From assembly GCA_038245785.1 (NCBI GenBank), contig JBBRSB010000020.1, forward strand, positions 21,485 to 85,484: DNA of 64,000 bases, given 5' to 3'. This DNA comes from Gloeobacterales cyanobacterium. GTDB taxonomy: Bacteria > Cyanobacteriota > Cyanobacteriia > Gloeobacterales > PMM-0068. Positions 33,809 through 44,403 of this stretch are shown in pieces. Position numbers and translations under genes: made by a program. Numbering within the stretch: position 1 is the stretch's first letter; every line of letters begins with the position of its first letter. Under the pieces are notes generated by a model. It saw only the letters and a list, made by a program, of their open reading frames with translations, made no database searches and was not told the origin of the DNA.

Positions 33809-36010
33809 TCAAGGCACAGTCAGATTTGCATCTGGCGTAAGTGGTCTTGCTTGCATATCCGCAAACACATTGATCGCTATTTGTTTAGCACGGAGGTCCT
33901 CTCGAGGAGATGGAACATCCGCACTATCTAATCCCCACATCCACTGTATCGAGCCTGTGGCGAAGACCTTAGCTCCACTGGCCGCTGTGTATCGAACAGC
34001 ATTCGATAAGAGGGGGTCTGTGCCTACCGGGAGGTCCGCATCCGTGGCACTGGGGGGTTGCTGTTCAGGAGGGAATGGAGACTGGGATAGAACTACCAGT
34101 CCAGGAGGACCAAATCCGTTATTGATTACCGCATCCCATTCAAAGCCCACTAAACGGCCCAATCGGTCTCCATTTTGTAGACCCGTATTGGCATAGTAGG
34201 GGTCTGCGCTGTTGGTTACGACAAAATCATATCCTGCATACACATCATCTTTATCCGCCACGTACATTACGCCGAGTAAGGCATTTTCCGGCCGATTGTT
34301 CTGAGGACTTCGGAACTTATTGGTGGCAGCAGATGAATTGCTGGCTGCAGCAGGATCCTGCTGCCAATCATCCTTGTAGCAAGCCGTGACCCGATTGGCG
34401 ACTCCTGTACTAGAGTTCTCAAAACGTACACGCCAATAGGCGGTGTTCGCAGAGAAGAAGGCTAGATTCAGACCTGTGTTGCGGGCTTGCTCGACGGAAT
34501 TACGCTGCTCCAAAGACCAGTACTCATCATGACCGACCGATAGAAAAAGCTTGTGTTGGCTTAACAACTGGGGATTGCTGTGGATATCTACGCTTGTTAC
34601 GTAGGAGATGTCATAGCTTTGGGATTCCAGCCAGCGCACCATGTTGTACTCCCAGCGCAGGATGTTATTGAATTCACCACTCCCAAACGTTGTTTGCGAG
34701 AACGGTCGGTCAAAGGAAACCTTGAAAGCTCTTTGACCATCAGGGTTGCCAAAGCCGTACAAGCTCCGGCCCCCATAGCTGTTGTAGGCCAGAAAGGTGG
34801 TGAAACTGCTTTGAAACAAGATGTCGGAGGTGCTGTTATCATCGCGCACCACAAACCAAACCTGGGACTGTTTTCCTGTTCTTTGGTCCGTCAGTTTGGC
34901 AATGTACAAGCCACTGGTCCAGTTAGCACCGACTTGCAACGTATAGGAAGTTGGCCAATTGCACTGGATAAGGAGGGTTTTTGGGTCTGGAGTGGGAATG
35001 GCGCGATTGGCCCCGCGAAGGGTTCCACTACTGGTGATGAACGTTCCCCCAGCGCCCCCGTAGTAGCCCAATCGGTAGATATCAATTGTGTAGTTTCCTG
35101 TTCGAGCCAGAGAAACCTTAATCGGTAACGAGCCGCCTCGGTTCACGCTGGTGGCCGCTGCATAGCCCGCAATCTCCGTGGTTGCTTGATTCGTAATTTT
35201 CCAGGCGGTGGTACCTTGTTTTTGATTTTCTAGATAAATGGCATTGGGATTGGCCACGGCTGTAAAGGTCACGCTAGTACCCGCAGCCGATGCATTCACC
35301 CGATTGGCTCCGGTAGTCGGCCCCAACTTCAAAACAGTACTTGCCTGCCCACTGGTATTCGTAACTGCACTGGTCGGAGAAACTGAACCACCACCAGTTG
35401 TAACGTTAAAGCTGACGGTTATGCCTGCTTGGGGATTGCCCGAACTATCATTAACTTGAACAACGAAAGGATTACTGAGAGTTGTACCTGCTGACGCACT
35501 TTGGTTATCTCCACTTACCTTGGATATCATTGAAGAATTACTCGCAACGAAAACTATATCTCGAAAGTAGTTACTGCTTTGATAGGAATTGGTAGGGAAA
35601 ACGCCAGGATTGCCAAACACACCATTACTTCCATCAGCAATGCTGCTGAGTTCTCCATTACTAACTGAAATTGCTAGACCACTATTGGTAACTGGAAAAA
35701 AGCCATTACTGTTGACAGAAACAACATGGGTCGTATTAGCTTGAATAGATAGAGGAGTTGTAAGGTTTTGCTGTTGCCATCCAGAAGCTGTCTCATTGGT
35801 GAAGGTAATCGTTGCTAAAGGTATTCCTCCACTTATCGCCCAGATTCTGCCTTCATGAGTTCCACTATCACTGGCGGCTTTCCAGTAGCGGATGGCCGTA
35901 ATTTCTCCAGCCCTATTGCTTTGAAACTTAGTACCTAGTTCGTAGGTCATGCCATTATCACTGGCATCTGGGACACTAGGGGTTTGGGTCGTAAATAGTG
36001 AGGTGGGCAT
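33809..36010 (-). CDS. DUF4082 + Ig-like (Big_1) + N,N-dimethylformamidase beta-subunit-like protein
   Basis: YELGTKF..SNYFRDIVF, SGDNQSA Ig segment, YNSYGG..SFDRP..VGHDEYWS. Confidence 0.8.
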   Translation of the reverse strand: MPTSLFTTQTPSVPDASDNGMTYELGTKFQSNRAGEITAIRYWKAASDSGTHEGRIWAISGGIPLATITFTNETASGWQQQNLTTPLSIQANTTHVVSVNSNGFFPVTNSGLAISVSNGELSSIADGSNGVFGNPGVFPTNSYQSSNYFRDIVFVASNSSMISKVSGDNQSASAGTTLSNPFVVQVNDSSGNPQAGITVSFNVTTGGGSVSPTSAVTNTSGQASTVLKLGPTTGANRVNASAAGTSVTFTAVANPNAIYLENQKQGTTAWKITNQATTEIAGYAAATSVNRGGSLPIKVSLARTGNYTIDIYRLGYYGGAGGTFITSSGTLRGANRAIPTPDPKTLLIQCNWPTSYTLQVGANWTSGLYIAKLTDQRTGKQSQVWFVVRDDNSTSDILFQSSFTTFLAYNSYGGRSLYGFGNPDGQRAFKVSFDRPFSQTTFGSGEFNNILRWEYNMVRWLESQSYDISYVTSVDIHSNPQLLSQHKLFLSVGHDEYWSLEQRNSVEQARNTGLNLAFFSANTAYWRVRFENSSTGVANRVTACYKDDWQQDPAAASNSSAATNKFRSPQNNRPENALLGVMYVADKDDVYAGYDFVVTNSADPYYANTGLQNGDRLGRLVGFEWDAVINNGFGPPGLVVLSQSPFPPEQQPPSATDADLPVGTDPLLSNAVRYTAASGAKVFATGSIQWMWGLDSADVPSPREDLRAKQIAINVFADMQARPLTPDANLTVP

Positions 36011-36872
36011 AGCTTTGGTTCTGTATATTTTTTATGGGATATGTCCAAGAACGGCTGTGGGGCAGAGATTAAATCAAACTCATCAACTAAGAGACTTTAA
36101 CTGAGCAAAGACAAAAAATGCATGTCATATGCATCACATTGCTGTGCAGAACCCAATGCCTTATATGATTTGCACTGCTCTACTTATACCCGATGTCTTA
36201 TCTATAACGTGTGTTTCAGAATACATCAAAGATATCTGCAGAATTACACTTTGCATACTTATATGTTGTCTAAGTACTCACTAGTAAAGAGAGCTTAGTG
36301 ATCTATAATGCGGATAGTTGAGGAACTACATTTAGCACTAATAATATAAAAACTGTATCACTGATAACAATAATTGGTAAAAGCAGTCTGAACGATACAG
36401 TTAATCTCAGCATAACTTCTGGAAATCTATACAAAGTATTGGAATGTCCTTTTGATAAATGTGTGAATTTGTAAACAAAATTATATTTATTTATCTTTTC
36501 TCTTCTCAGATTATTTCCTGAATATATATTGCTACTCAAATACATAAGTATGGAGGTACGGGGAATACCAGACTTCTTAAAATTAAGACTTAGCTCTATC
36601 TGTAATTAGGCTTTTTTAGCGAAGAGAGCAAATTAAATAAAGCAGCTATGCATAGTCAAGTTACTGAACTTGATTGCTTAAATCATGCCTTATTTCATAA
36701 AGTAAATCTCCTTACTTTCTTTTTTCCTAACAAGGTTAAGCATCATGCTTGGCCTTGTAAGATTTGGCGTGGTGCGGAATACATAGCTCAAGGATTGATT
36801 TTTTGCACAGTGCTTGTGTGCTGATGAGGAAAAGAAATCTAACTAGTTTTTCTATGCAAGGAGCTTACTAGC

Positions 36873-37244
36873 ATGCTGAGAGATGTTAAAGCATTTCGAG
36901 GATTCTTCTTCATTGTAAGTTTAATAGCAGCGTTGGCAATCGGGTTATGGCCTAACTACCCACCTGCTTTGTCCCAGGCCAGCAATTCATTCAGCCGTGT
37001 AGACAAAAAGTTTTTAAGGAGTTATCGCCGAACCATGATGCGGATGCGATCTTCTGCAAAGGCAGAGGCGTTAACTCAACTCCAACAGGATCCTCAGAAA
37101 GTAATTACTCAAGCAAAGGGCGTATGTACAGATCTCAATTCAGGGATGCCCAGAGAGCAAGTCCAACCTAAGGGAACCCCTGAAGCTGATGTCTTCAAGT
37201 CTCTAGCTTCTCATTATTATTGCCCTAACTCTACGTTCAATTAA
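36873..37244 (+). CDS. Secreted hypothetical protein (DUF732-like C-terminus)
   Basis: AAGGAG RBS, signal peptide, AKGVC...HYYCP pattern. Confidence 0.65.
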   Translation: MLRDVKAFRGFFFIVSLIAALAIGLWPNYPPALSQASNSFSRVDKKFLRSYRRTMMRMRSSAKAEALTQLQQDPQKVITQAKGVCTDLNSGMPREQVQPKGTPEADVFKSLASHYYCPNSTFN

Positions 37245-37317
37245 CGCGCGTTCAGTTACTGAGAATTCTCTAACGTCCCTCTATAAACCCTGTATTTATT
37301 AAGGAATCAAAGAGCAT

Positions 37318-39495
37318 ATGATTAACCGACGATTTTTCATTGAGTTGAGTGCAGGCGCTGCGGGGGGACTGATTTTGGTCAAGGCTCTACAAGCCTACGG
37401 TCAGCAATCAGCCACTCAAGTATCTTGTGATACCCTTGACCCAGCCACAATTGAAAAATATAGTGCGTTCCTTGTCATTCCTCCTGCTATGCCGCGCACC
37501 AGTGTAATCAAGGCGAAAGGTGAAAAAGATGACGACAATAATGATGATAAAAAGCAAGAAGACAAGAATAGAGATTACGAAATCGATTATTACGAGATTG
37601 CTGTTCGACAGTTCAAGCAGCAGGTCTTACCTTCTTCGTTGCCCGCAACTACTGTTTGGGGCTATGGATCAATAAAATCTTCCGGTACGGTAGGCCAAGG
37701 CGGTAGCTTTAACTATCCATCGTTCACTATTGAGGCCAGATATAACAGGCCCGTGCGGGTAAAGTGGATCAATGACTTGGTTGAAAATCCCCTTGAAGAC
37801 GGCCCAGGTAAAAGGGGGAAATTCCTTCCACATCTTCTGCCTGTGGACCCGACCGTACATTGGGCCAATCCACCGGGTGGCAACAAGGGTAGGGATTCAC
37901 GTCCAACGTTTACGAGTACACCTGGTCCCTACACCGGGCCAGTTCCAATGGTCACCCATGTCCATGGTGCAGTGGGCGTTGGCGACGAGAGCGATGGCTA
38001 TACCGAAGCCTGGTTCCTTCCGGAGGCGAAAGATATTCCCGGAGGCTACGCAAAGTTTGGCACTTTTTACGAGACGTTCAAGAAGCAGTTCAAGAAAAAT
38101 CTCAAAGCCAACCATCCCTCAGACGAATGGAAGGAAGGTACCGCAACGTTCCAGTATCCAAACAAACACCGGGCCGCGACACTTTGGTACCATGACCACA
38201 CGTTGGGAATGACTCGGCTCAACGTGTATGCTGGTCCAGCAGGCTTCTTTAACGTGCGGGGAGGTCCTGATGACCTGCCTCCCTCATTGCTACCCGGTCC
38301 TGCTCCACAGCTTGGAGATTCTCCAGGGACGAAATACTACGAGATCCCTATTGCTGTTCAAGATCGTGCCTTTAAACCAGATGGCTCTCTGTGGTTCTAT
38401 CCTCCTGCGCGGCAGTGTGCTGGTGACACAGCGGGCAATGGTCCTTTCATTCCAAACGGAGTTTTTTCCCCGATCTGGACCCCTGAGTTTTTCGGTGACA
38501 CCATGGTCGTCAATGGTAAAACCTGGCCAAAACTTGAGGTTGAGCCACGCCGCTATCGCTTCCGTTTCTTAAATGGGTGCGACTCGCGCTACCTGATCCT
38601 AAAGATCGTTAGCGATCTCAACCAGGTAGCAGCACGACATCAGGCCAAACAGCCAGCAGAGCCCTCCCTTAAGTTCTGGCAGATTGGTTCAGAGGCGGGC
38701 TTTCTCCCTGTCCCAGCTAACTTGGACCAACTCCTGATCAGTCCGGCAGAGCGGGCCGATGTGATTGTCGATTTCACCAATCTTTCGGTTGGTACGGAGT
38801 TCTACCTGATCAATGAGGGGCCGGATGGACCCTTCGGCGGGATAGGACCTGATTACTATGACTCTAATCCAGGGGCCGGGGAAGTCGCAGATGTGGCTAC
38901 AACTGGCCAGGTGATGAAGCTCCGTGTGGTACCGCTAACAAGCCAGGATACCAGCACGCCACCGGATCAGCTTCAACTGCCAGCCATCACGCCTATCGGC
39001 AAAGAAAATAGAACGCGTCCATTAGCGCTCCTTGAGGATTTGGCGAATATTCCCGGTAATCCCTCTGTTGGTCTAATGCTAGGCACCATCTCTAAGGGGA
39101 AAGCACAAATGAAGATGTGGCAGGACCCGATTACCGAGAACCCACAGGTTGGTGATATTGAGATATGGGAGTTCTACAACTTTACGATGGACGCCCACCC
39201 AATCCACATCCATGAGGTTGCATTCCAGGTCGTCAATCGGCAAGAGGTACAGGTAGACCCATCCACAAAACAATTGGCAGGACTGATCGGTGTTCCCGTC
39301 GCCCCTCAGCCTTGGGAGACTGGCTTCAAAGACACAGTCACCGTCTATCCAGGTCAGGTGACGCGTGTGAAGGCGCAGTTTAATACGCCAGGTCTGTTCG
39401 TTTGGCACTGCCACATTGTTGAGCACGAAGACAACGAGATGATGCGCCCGTATTATATTGGCCCTATCCCGAAGGATCTCCCAAGACCAATGTAG
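37318..39495 (+). CDS. Tat-exported multicopper oxidase (CotA/bilirubin oxidase-like)
   Basis: HVHG, WYHDH, HPIHIH and WHCHIVEHEDNEMM copper motifs; NRRFF Tat motif. Confidence 0.93.
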   Translation: MINRRFFIELSAGAAGGLILVKALQAYGQQSATQVSCDTLDPATIEKYSAFLVIPPAMPRTSVIKAKGEKDDDNNDDKKQEDKNRDYEIDYYEIAVRQFKQQVLPSSLPATTVWGYGSIKSSGTVGQGGSFNYPSFTIEARYNRPVRVKWINDLVENPLEDGPGKRGKFLPHLLPVDPTVHWANPPGGNKGRDSRPTFTSTPGPYTGPVPMVTHVHGAVGVGDESDGYTEAWFLPEAKDIPGGYAKFGTFYETFKKQFKKNLKANHPSDEWKEGTATFQYPNKHRAATLWYHDHTLGMTRLNVYAGPAGFFNVRGGPDDLPPSLLPGPAPQLGDSPGTKYYEIPIAVQDRAFKPDGSLWFYPPARQCAGDTAGNGPFIPNGVFSPIWTPEFFGDTMVVNGKTWPKLEVEPRRYRFRFLNGCDSRYLILKIVSDLNQVAARHQAKQPAEPSLKFWQIGSEAGFLPVPANLDQLLISPAERADVIVDFTNLSVGTEFYLINEGPDGPFGGIGPDYYDSNPGAGEVADVATTGQVMKLRVVPLTSQDTSTPPDQLQLPAITPIGKENRTRPLALLEDLANIPGNPSVGLMLGTISKGKAQMKMWQDPITENPQVGDIEIWEFYNFTMDAHPIHIHEVAFQVVNRQEVQVDPSTKQLAGLIGVPVAPQPWETGFKDTVTVYPGQVTRVKAQFNTPGLFVWHCHIVEHEDNEMMRPYYIGPIPKDLPRPM

Positions 39496-39573
39496 GTAGA
39501 ACAAAGAGCCCAATCTACGACTTATAGGTTTGCTGTCTAAGCTCTCCCTATAAGAGTTAAAGCTCTGTCAAGA

Positions 39574-40656
39574 CTATCTTGAAGTCTTATGGAATTCACT
39601 CAGAATCGCAGGGATGCGTTTGGCTGCTTGGCCATCTCCATAGAAAGGCGGACGGCTTTGAGGGTAAATATTTGGGGAAAGGGCTTTAAGAATGGCTGCC
39701 TTTTCCGCTGCCACTAATTGGTTCCAACCCGCATCTACAGTTTCTTGCCATTCTGTTTCTGCCCGGACGGTTAGGCAGGGAACCCCTAATAAGTAGGCTT
39801 CTTTTTGGACACCGCCTGAATCCGTTAGGATGCACTGTGCATTTTGTTCCAGTTGGAGCATATCCAGATAGCCTAAGGGCTCAATGCGCCGGAGACGAGG
39901 GCTTTTTTGAAGCATATCTTCGAATCCCATTTGCTGGATACGCTGCTGTGTGCGCGGATGCACAGGGAAGATGATGGTCAATTCACTAGAGCATAGGGCT
40001 TTTAGAATCGCTTCTAGTCGAGCGGGGCTATCGGTATTCTCAGCGCGGTGAATCGTGGCAAGCACATACCCTCGCGATTCTAGGGCCAGTTTGTCCAGGA
40101 TGTGTGAGCGCTGTTGGGCTAGGTTTAGATAGTTCAGTAAAACGTCATACATGACGTCGCCCACTTGATGAACGCCCTGGGTAATGCCCTCTCTCCTGAG
40201 ATGTTGCGTTGCCAGATCTGTGGGTGTGAATAGTAGAGTCGAGGCATGGTCGGTTAAGCGACGATTGACTTCCTCAGGCATGTTCATATCGAAACTACGT
40301 AAGCCCGCTTCAACGTGGGCAATCGGAATATGAATTTTCACTGCTGCCAAGGCTGCTGCCAGCGTAGAGTTGGTGTCGCCATAAACCAATACTAGGTCTG
40401 GTTTTTCCTGCTCTAAGAGCGCTTCGATTTTCTCGATCATTTGAGCAGTCTGGACCCCGTGAGAAGCGGAGCCGACGCCGAGGTTATAGTCTGCTTGCAG
40501 TAAATCTAATTCATCAAAGAACACCTGGGACATTCCAAAATCGTAGTGCTGCCCGGTATGAACCAGAATCTCTTGGTGCTCCTGCCGGACCACGCGACTG
40601 ACAGCCGCCGCTTTAATGAACTGGGGTCGTGCGCCCACTACTGTAAGGATACGCAT
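39574..40656 (-). CDS. wecB: UDP-GlcNAc 2-epimerase (WecB/WbpI-like)
   Basis: GARPQFIK, HTGQHYD, HVEAGLRS, TDSGGVQKEA motifs. Confidence 0.93.
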   Translation of the reverse strand: MRILTVVGARPQFIKAAAVSRVVRQEHQEILVHTGQHYDFGMSQVFFDELDLLQADYNLGVGSASHGVQTAQMIEKIEALLEQEKPDLVLVYGDTNSTLAAALAAVKIHIPIAHVEAGLRSFDMNMPEEVNRRLTDHASTLLFTPTDLATQHLRREGITQGVHQVGDVMYDVLLNYLNLAQQRSHILDKLALESRGYVLATIHRAENTDSPARLEAILKALCSSELTIIFPVHPRTQQRIQQMGFEDMLQKSPRLRRIEPLGYLDMLQLEQNAQCILTDSGGVQKEAYLLGVPCLTVRAETEWQETVDAGWNQLVAAEKAAILKALSPNIYPQSRPPFYGDGQAAKRIPAILSEFHKTSR

Positions 40657-40659
40657 GGC

Positions 40660-41244
40660 TTAGGGAATGAGGCTAACGGAATTAGCCTGTAGCAGGTATG
40701 TGCGAGTGCATTCAGGACATTTTCCTTTCTCTGCTTCAAAGACAAGCCGCACCCCACACTGACAAGCCCATCCCCGCTGTCGGGCCGGGTTGCCGAGGAC
40801 AATGGCATAGTCAGGCACATCTCGTGTAACCACAGCCCCTGCTCCAACTAGAGCATGACAACCAAGTGTTGTTCCGCACACAATCGTTGCATTAGCGCCA
40901 ATGCTGGCTCCGCGCTTAACCAGGGTTGGAAGATGGTCTGCACTGGTATTGCGGACAAAGGCAGAACGGGGTGTTTTGATATTGGTAAAAACCATGGAAG
41001 GACCACAGAAGACGTCATCTTCTAAGGTGACTCCAGCGTATACCGAGACATTGTTCTGAATTTTGACGTTATCGCCAATGGTTACACCGGAGGCAATAAA
41101 GACATTCTGGCCGATTTTGCAGCCTTTTCCCAGGCTGGTGTTCTTGCTGATGTGGCAAAAGTGCCAGATTTGGGTCCCTTCGCCGATGTCCACGGGCTCA
41201 TCCACGTAGGAGGAGGGGTGGACGAGAAAAGGGCACTCAACCAT
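40660..41244 (-). CDS. wbpD: Hexapeptide N-acetyltransferase (WbpD/WlbB-like)
   Basis: [24 protein letters not shown] and a C-terminal Cys cluster; ATG at 41244. Confidence 0.85.
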   Translation of the reverse strand: MVECPFLVHPSSYVDEPVDIGEGTQIWHFCHISKNTSLGKGCKIGQNVFIASGVTIGDNVKIQNNVSVYAGVTLEDDVFCGPSMVFTNIKTPRSAFVRNTSADHLPTLVKRGASIGANATIVCGTTLGCHALVGAGAVVTRDVPDYAIVLGNPARQRGWACQCGVRLVFEAEKGKCPECTRTYLLQANSVSLIP

Positions 41245-42289
41245 GATGGGCTGCCTCCAGAGAGCGGACTGAAATGCTGGCCCCACCCTGCTCCAGAGAG
41301 CGTTGGGCTGCCTGGAGAACTTGCAGGACAGCCAGACCATTCTCGCCATCACTGATCGGTTGCTTGCCCTCACGGATGCACTCTAAGAAGTGCAGGCATT
41401 CGTTGCGCAGTGGTTCACTCATCTTGATCGCAGGGATAGTGATGTCGCCCTGGCGTAGGGTCAGAGCCTCACCGTAAGAATTGTAAGACTCAGCAATATC
41501 GACGCCCTTGTTATAGAGGCGTAGTTTCTCGGCAGGTTCCATATCATCAAAGACCGCCATCTGACGGCTACCGACAATCGTGAACTGGCGAATTTTGCCG
41601 GGGTCCAGCCAACTGGCATGACTGTGCGCTATTTGCCCGCCTGGAAAACGGAGCGTGAAGAAGACCACATCCTGAATCGTTTGCCTGAGAAACGCCTGCC
41701 CAGTGGCAGAGACGCTCTCCGGTAGCTGACCGAGCAGATGCAGCATAACCGAAATATCGTGGGGGGCTAGACTCCACAGCGAGTTCTCATCCTTGCGCAC
41801 CTGACCCAGATTGACCCGCTTGGAGTAAATATAATGGATCGAACCCAGAACCCCTTCTTGGATGCACTGTTTGAGCCGAACGACTACTGGATGGTAGAGC
41901 AGGATGTGGCCGACCATCAGAACCCGTTGCTGCTTTCTGGCAAGCTCAATCAAGTCTTGGCTCTCTCTGATATCCAGGGTCATCGGTTTTTCCACCAGGA
42001 CGTGCAGACCCCGTTCTAGGGCTGCCCGTGCAATTTCATAGTGACTGGCTGCGGTAGTAGCGACTACTACGGCCTGGAGTCCCGCTAAGTCCAGAACCTT
42101 TCGGTAGTCCGATTCGGTCAAGACCTCCGGAAACTGTTGGCGGACCTTTTGAAGATTAGTGGGCACTAGGTCGCTGACGGCGTGCAGATGACCGCCTGGA
42201 AGCTGGGCAAAGGTGCGGACATGGTTAAAGCCCCAGTTGCCTGCACCAATAACGGCTAATTGGATGGGTTCTAGCATGGGTTTTTCCAT
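41237..42289 (-). CDS. Gfo/Idh/MocA oxidoreductase (WbpB/WlbA-like)
   Basis: GAGNWG, VEKPM, APHD motifs; pathway context. Confidence 0.85.
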   Translation of the reverse strand: MEKPMLEPIQLAVIGAGNWGFNHVRTFAQLPGGHLHAVSDLVPTNLQKVRQQFPEVLTESDYRKVLDLAGLQAVVVATTAASHYEIARAALERGLHVLVEKPMTLDIRESQDLIELARKQQRVLMVGHILLYHPVVVRLKQCIQEGVLGSIHYIYSKRVNLGQVRKDENSLWSLAPHDISVMLHLLGQLPESVSATGQAFLRQTIQDVVFFTLRFPGGQIAHSHASWLDPGKIRQFTIVGSRQMAVFDDMEPAEKLRLYNKGVDIAESYNSYGEALTLRQGDITIPAIKMSEPLRNECLHFLECIREGKQPISDGENGLAVLQVLQAAQRSLEQGGASISVRSLEAAHHG

Positions 42290-42307
42290 AGAAGTGGGTC
42301 ATTTCCC

Positions 42308-43621
42308 TTATGGTTGAGGGATAGCTATGGCCTGGGGCAGCATTTGGCTTGCTACCTGATTTGCCAACTGGATCACAGCCTCACAGTTAACCAGGGCTGG
42401 ATAAATCTGGGCCGTACTGGTCTGGAAAAGTCCTGGCACGGGAGCTGTCACCGGTAGGAGCTGACTACCGGCCCCTAGTCCATGAACAGGCTCGATGTTG
42501 CGTGCACGCAGCATCTTCCACGCCAAAACCTGTGCTGGATGAAAGTCAGGAAACATCCGCTGCAAATGAGTAAAAAATTCTTGGGCAATCACGTCGTCGG
42601 GCTGACTGAAATAGGCGCTGTCGGGCGCTACATATTTAGGTACGTAGACTAAGGTTTGGTCCTTCATATTCTCTGTGCCGATGACATGGGTAGTTTCGAC
42701 CACGGTGGTAAAGGGGACGCTGCGGTCGGTAATGTTGATCGAATAGTAGGGGCTGAGGCTCTGCTCAAACTTGAGCAACAGACAAACAATCCCTAAATAT
42801 CGCTGGGGTTCCAAGACTACTTCTGGAGGAAGGAGTGGCTGTAGATGGCACGGTAGCAGGGTTGAAATTACCGTCTGGCATCGCTGATAGCCCCGTTCAG
42901 TATTTAGTCCCTCCACTTTTCCCTGGCGGTATTCCAGGCTGTTCACCCCTATCCCCAAGTGAACTTGTCCCCCATTTTTCTGGATGGCCTTCACCAGCGC
43001 ATTCGCCAAGATTTGGTATCCACCAATCAAACAGCCCATTTGCTCCCGTTGCGCCCGGTCGCGGGTGGTGGACATGCGTCGGGTCCTGGCCCAGAGATAA
43101 GTGGCGGGTAAGCCCTTAGGCTGGTCATCAAATTTGGAATCAAGCAGTGGTTTCCATAACTTCTTATAGAGGCCGGGGCCACATAGCTTAAGGAGCCAAT
43201 CCTCTAAGGGAAGATTGTCCAAGGCGGACCAGTGGGCAAATCTTTGGCAATAGAGAACGAAATAGGCCAACCGCGCCCGCTCGTACAAAGAGAGCGGTGT
43301 GAAACGGAGAAACTCTGCAAGGGAGCTGAGAGAGTACATCTTGCCCTGTTCAAAATAGCCGACCCGCGTGGGGCGAAACTGCAAACAATCGGCGACTCCG
43401 ACTTCCTGGCAAAGGTCGATGACTTGGGTATCCGTCGGCAGAATAACATGATAAAAGCGGTCCACCTGCAGTCCGGCGAAATCCATCGCTCCGGCTAGCC
43501 CCCCTGGGATGCTGTCCCGTTCATAAAGCGCCACGGACACTCCAGCTGCACTGAGCCGATAACCCAGCGTCAATCCTAAAATGCCGCCCCCTAAAATAGC
43601 GATCGGTAGGTCCTGGCTCAT
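42308..43621 (-). CDS. FAD-dependent oxidoreductase (protoporphyrinogen-oxidase-like fold)
   Basis: GGGILG, GGLAG and DRFYH motifs. Confidence 0.8.
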   Translation of the reverse strand: MSQDLPIAILGGGILGLTLGYRLSAAGVSVALYERDSIPGGLAGAMDFAGLQVDRFYHVILPTDTQVIDLCQEVGVADCLQFRPTRVGYFEQGKMYSLSSLAEFLRFTPLSLYERARLAYFVLYCQRFAHWSALDNLPLEDWLLKLCGPGLYKKLWKPLLDSKFDDQPKGLPATYLWARTRRMSTTRDRAQREQMGCLIGGYQILANALVKAIQKNGGQVHLGIGVNSLEYRQGKVEGLNTERGYQRCQTVISTLLPCHLQPLLPPEVVLEPQRYLGIVCLLLKFEQSLSPYYSINITDRSVPFTTVVETTHVIGTENMKDQTLVYVPKYVAPDSAYFSQPDDVIAQEFFTHLQRMFPDFHPAQVLAWKMLRARNIEPVHGLGAGSQLLPVTAPVPGLFQTSTAQIYPALVNCEAVIQLANQVASQMLPQAIAIPQP

Positions 43622-44403
43622 AATTTCTCCAAAACTGTGGCCAGTCGGGGACTAGGAGCATAATCGCTTTGCCCATAACGCCAAAGCACCCGTCCGTACG
43701 CCCAGAGCGTACGCCCAATCTTCATCTTGCTGGCTCCCCGCTCCCGGCCCTTGAGCACCATCGGCACTTCAGCCAACCGTGCCTGGAGGAGGTGGAGTTT
43801 CAGCAAGAGTTCGACCATTGATACAAAACCCTGCTCTTGGATCAACTGCTTCCCATAGTGCTGGAAGGCATTTTTCAAACAAGACGGACGGTAGGCTCGG
43901 AAAAAAGAGCTATAGGTGTGAATGCTGGGGGTGCCCATGACCAAGGCCAGCAGGCGGTTGGCGCACCAGCTCAAAATTTTGCGTTCCCAAGGGGCCTCTA
44001 TACCCCCACCGGGCGCATATACAGAAGCCAAAACCACGTCATATCGTTTTGCGTCCTTGTTCTCTTCTTTCAACGCCAGAAGTGCCAACATCTGGGGAAG
44101 GATGCTCAGATCGCTGGTGTTATCAGCTTCTAAGGTGATGAGTGCATCTTCTTCTTGGCATAGAGGAAGGATGTGGGCAAAGCCTGTACAGAAGGCAGCG
44201 CCTGGTCCCCGATTGTATGGATGCTCTAGGACCGCAGCTCCCTCCGAACGGGCAATAGCTGCAGTCTCATCTAGGCTCCCATCATTGACAATAAATATCT
44301 GGTGGGACAAACGCAGGCTAGCCATCGTCCCTTGAATATTTTCGAGGAGCATGGCAATATTGCCCGCCTCGTTAAAGGCGGGGATTAGAAAATAGATTGT
44401 CAT
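43618..44403 (-). CDS. GT2 polyprenol-phosphate glycosyltransferase (ArnC/Dpm1-like)
   Basis: IPAFNEA, VNDGSLD, EAD, RERGASKM motifs; ATG at 44403. Confidence 0.85.
   Translation of the reverse strand: MTIYFLIPAFNEAGNIAMLLENIQGTMASLRLSHQIFIVNDGSLDETAAIARSEGAAVLEHPYNRGPGAAFCTGFAHILPLCQEEDALITLEADNTSDLSILPQMLALLALKEENKDAKRYDVVLASVYAPGGGIEAPWERKILSWCANRLLALVMGTPSIHTYSSFFRAYRPSCLKNAFQHYGKQLIQEQGFVSMVELLLKLHLLQARLAEVPMVLKGRERGASKMKIGRTLWAYGRVLWRYGQSDYAPSPRLATVLEKL

Noticed and set aside
36303..36545. 80-aa ORF in the AT-rich intergenic region, and the many antisense or overlapping short ORFs in the track
   Set aside because: No RBS or motifs; they are shadows of well-supported genes or chance ORFs.
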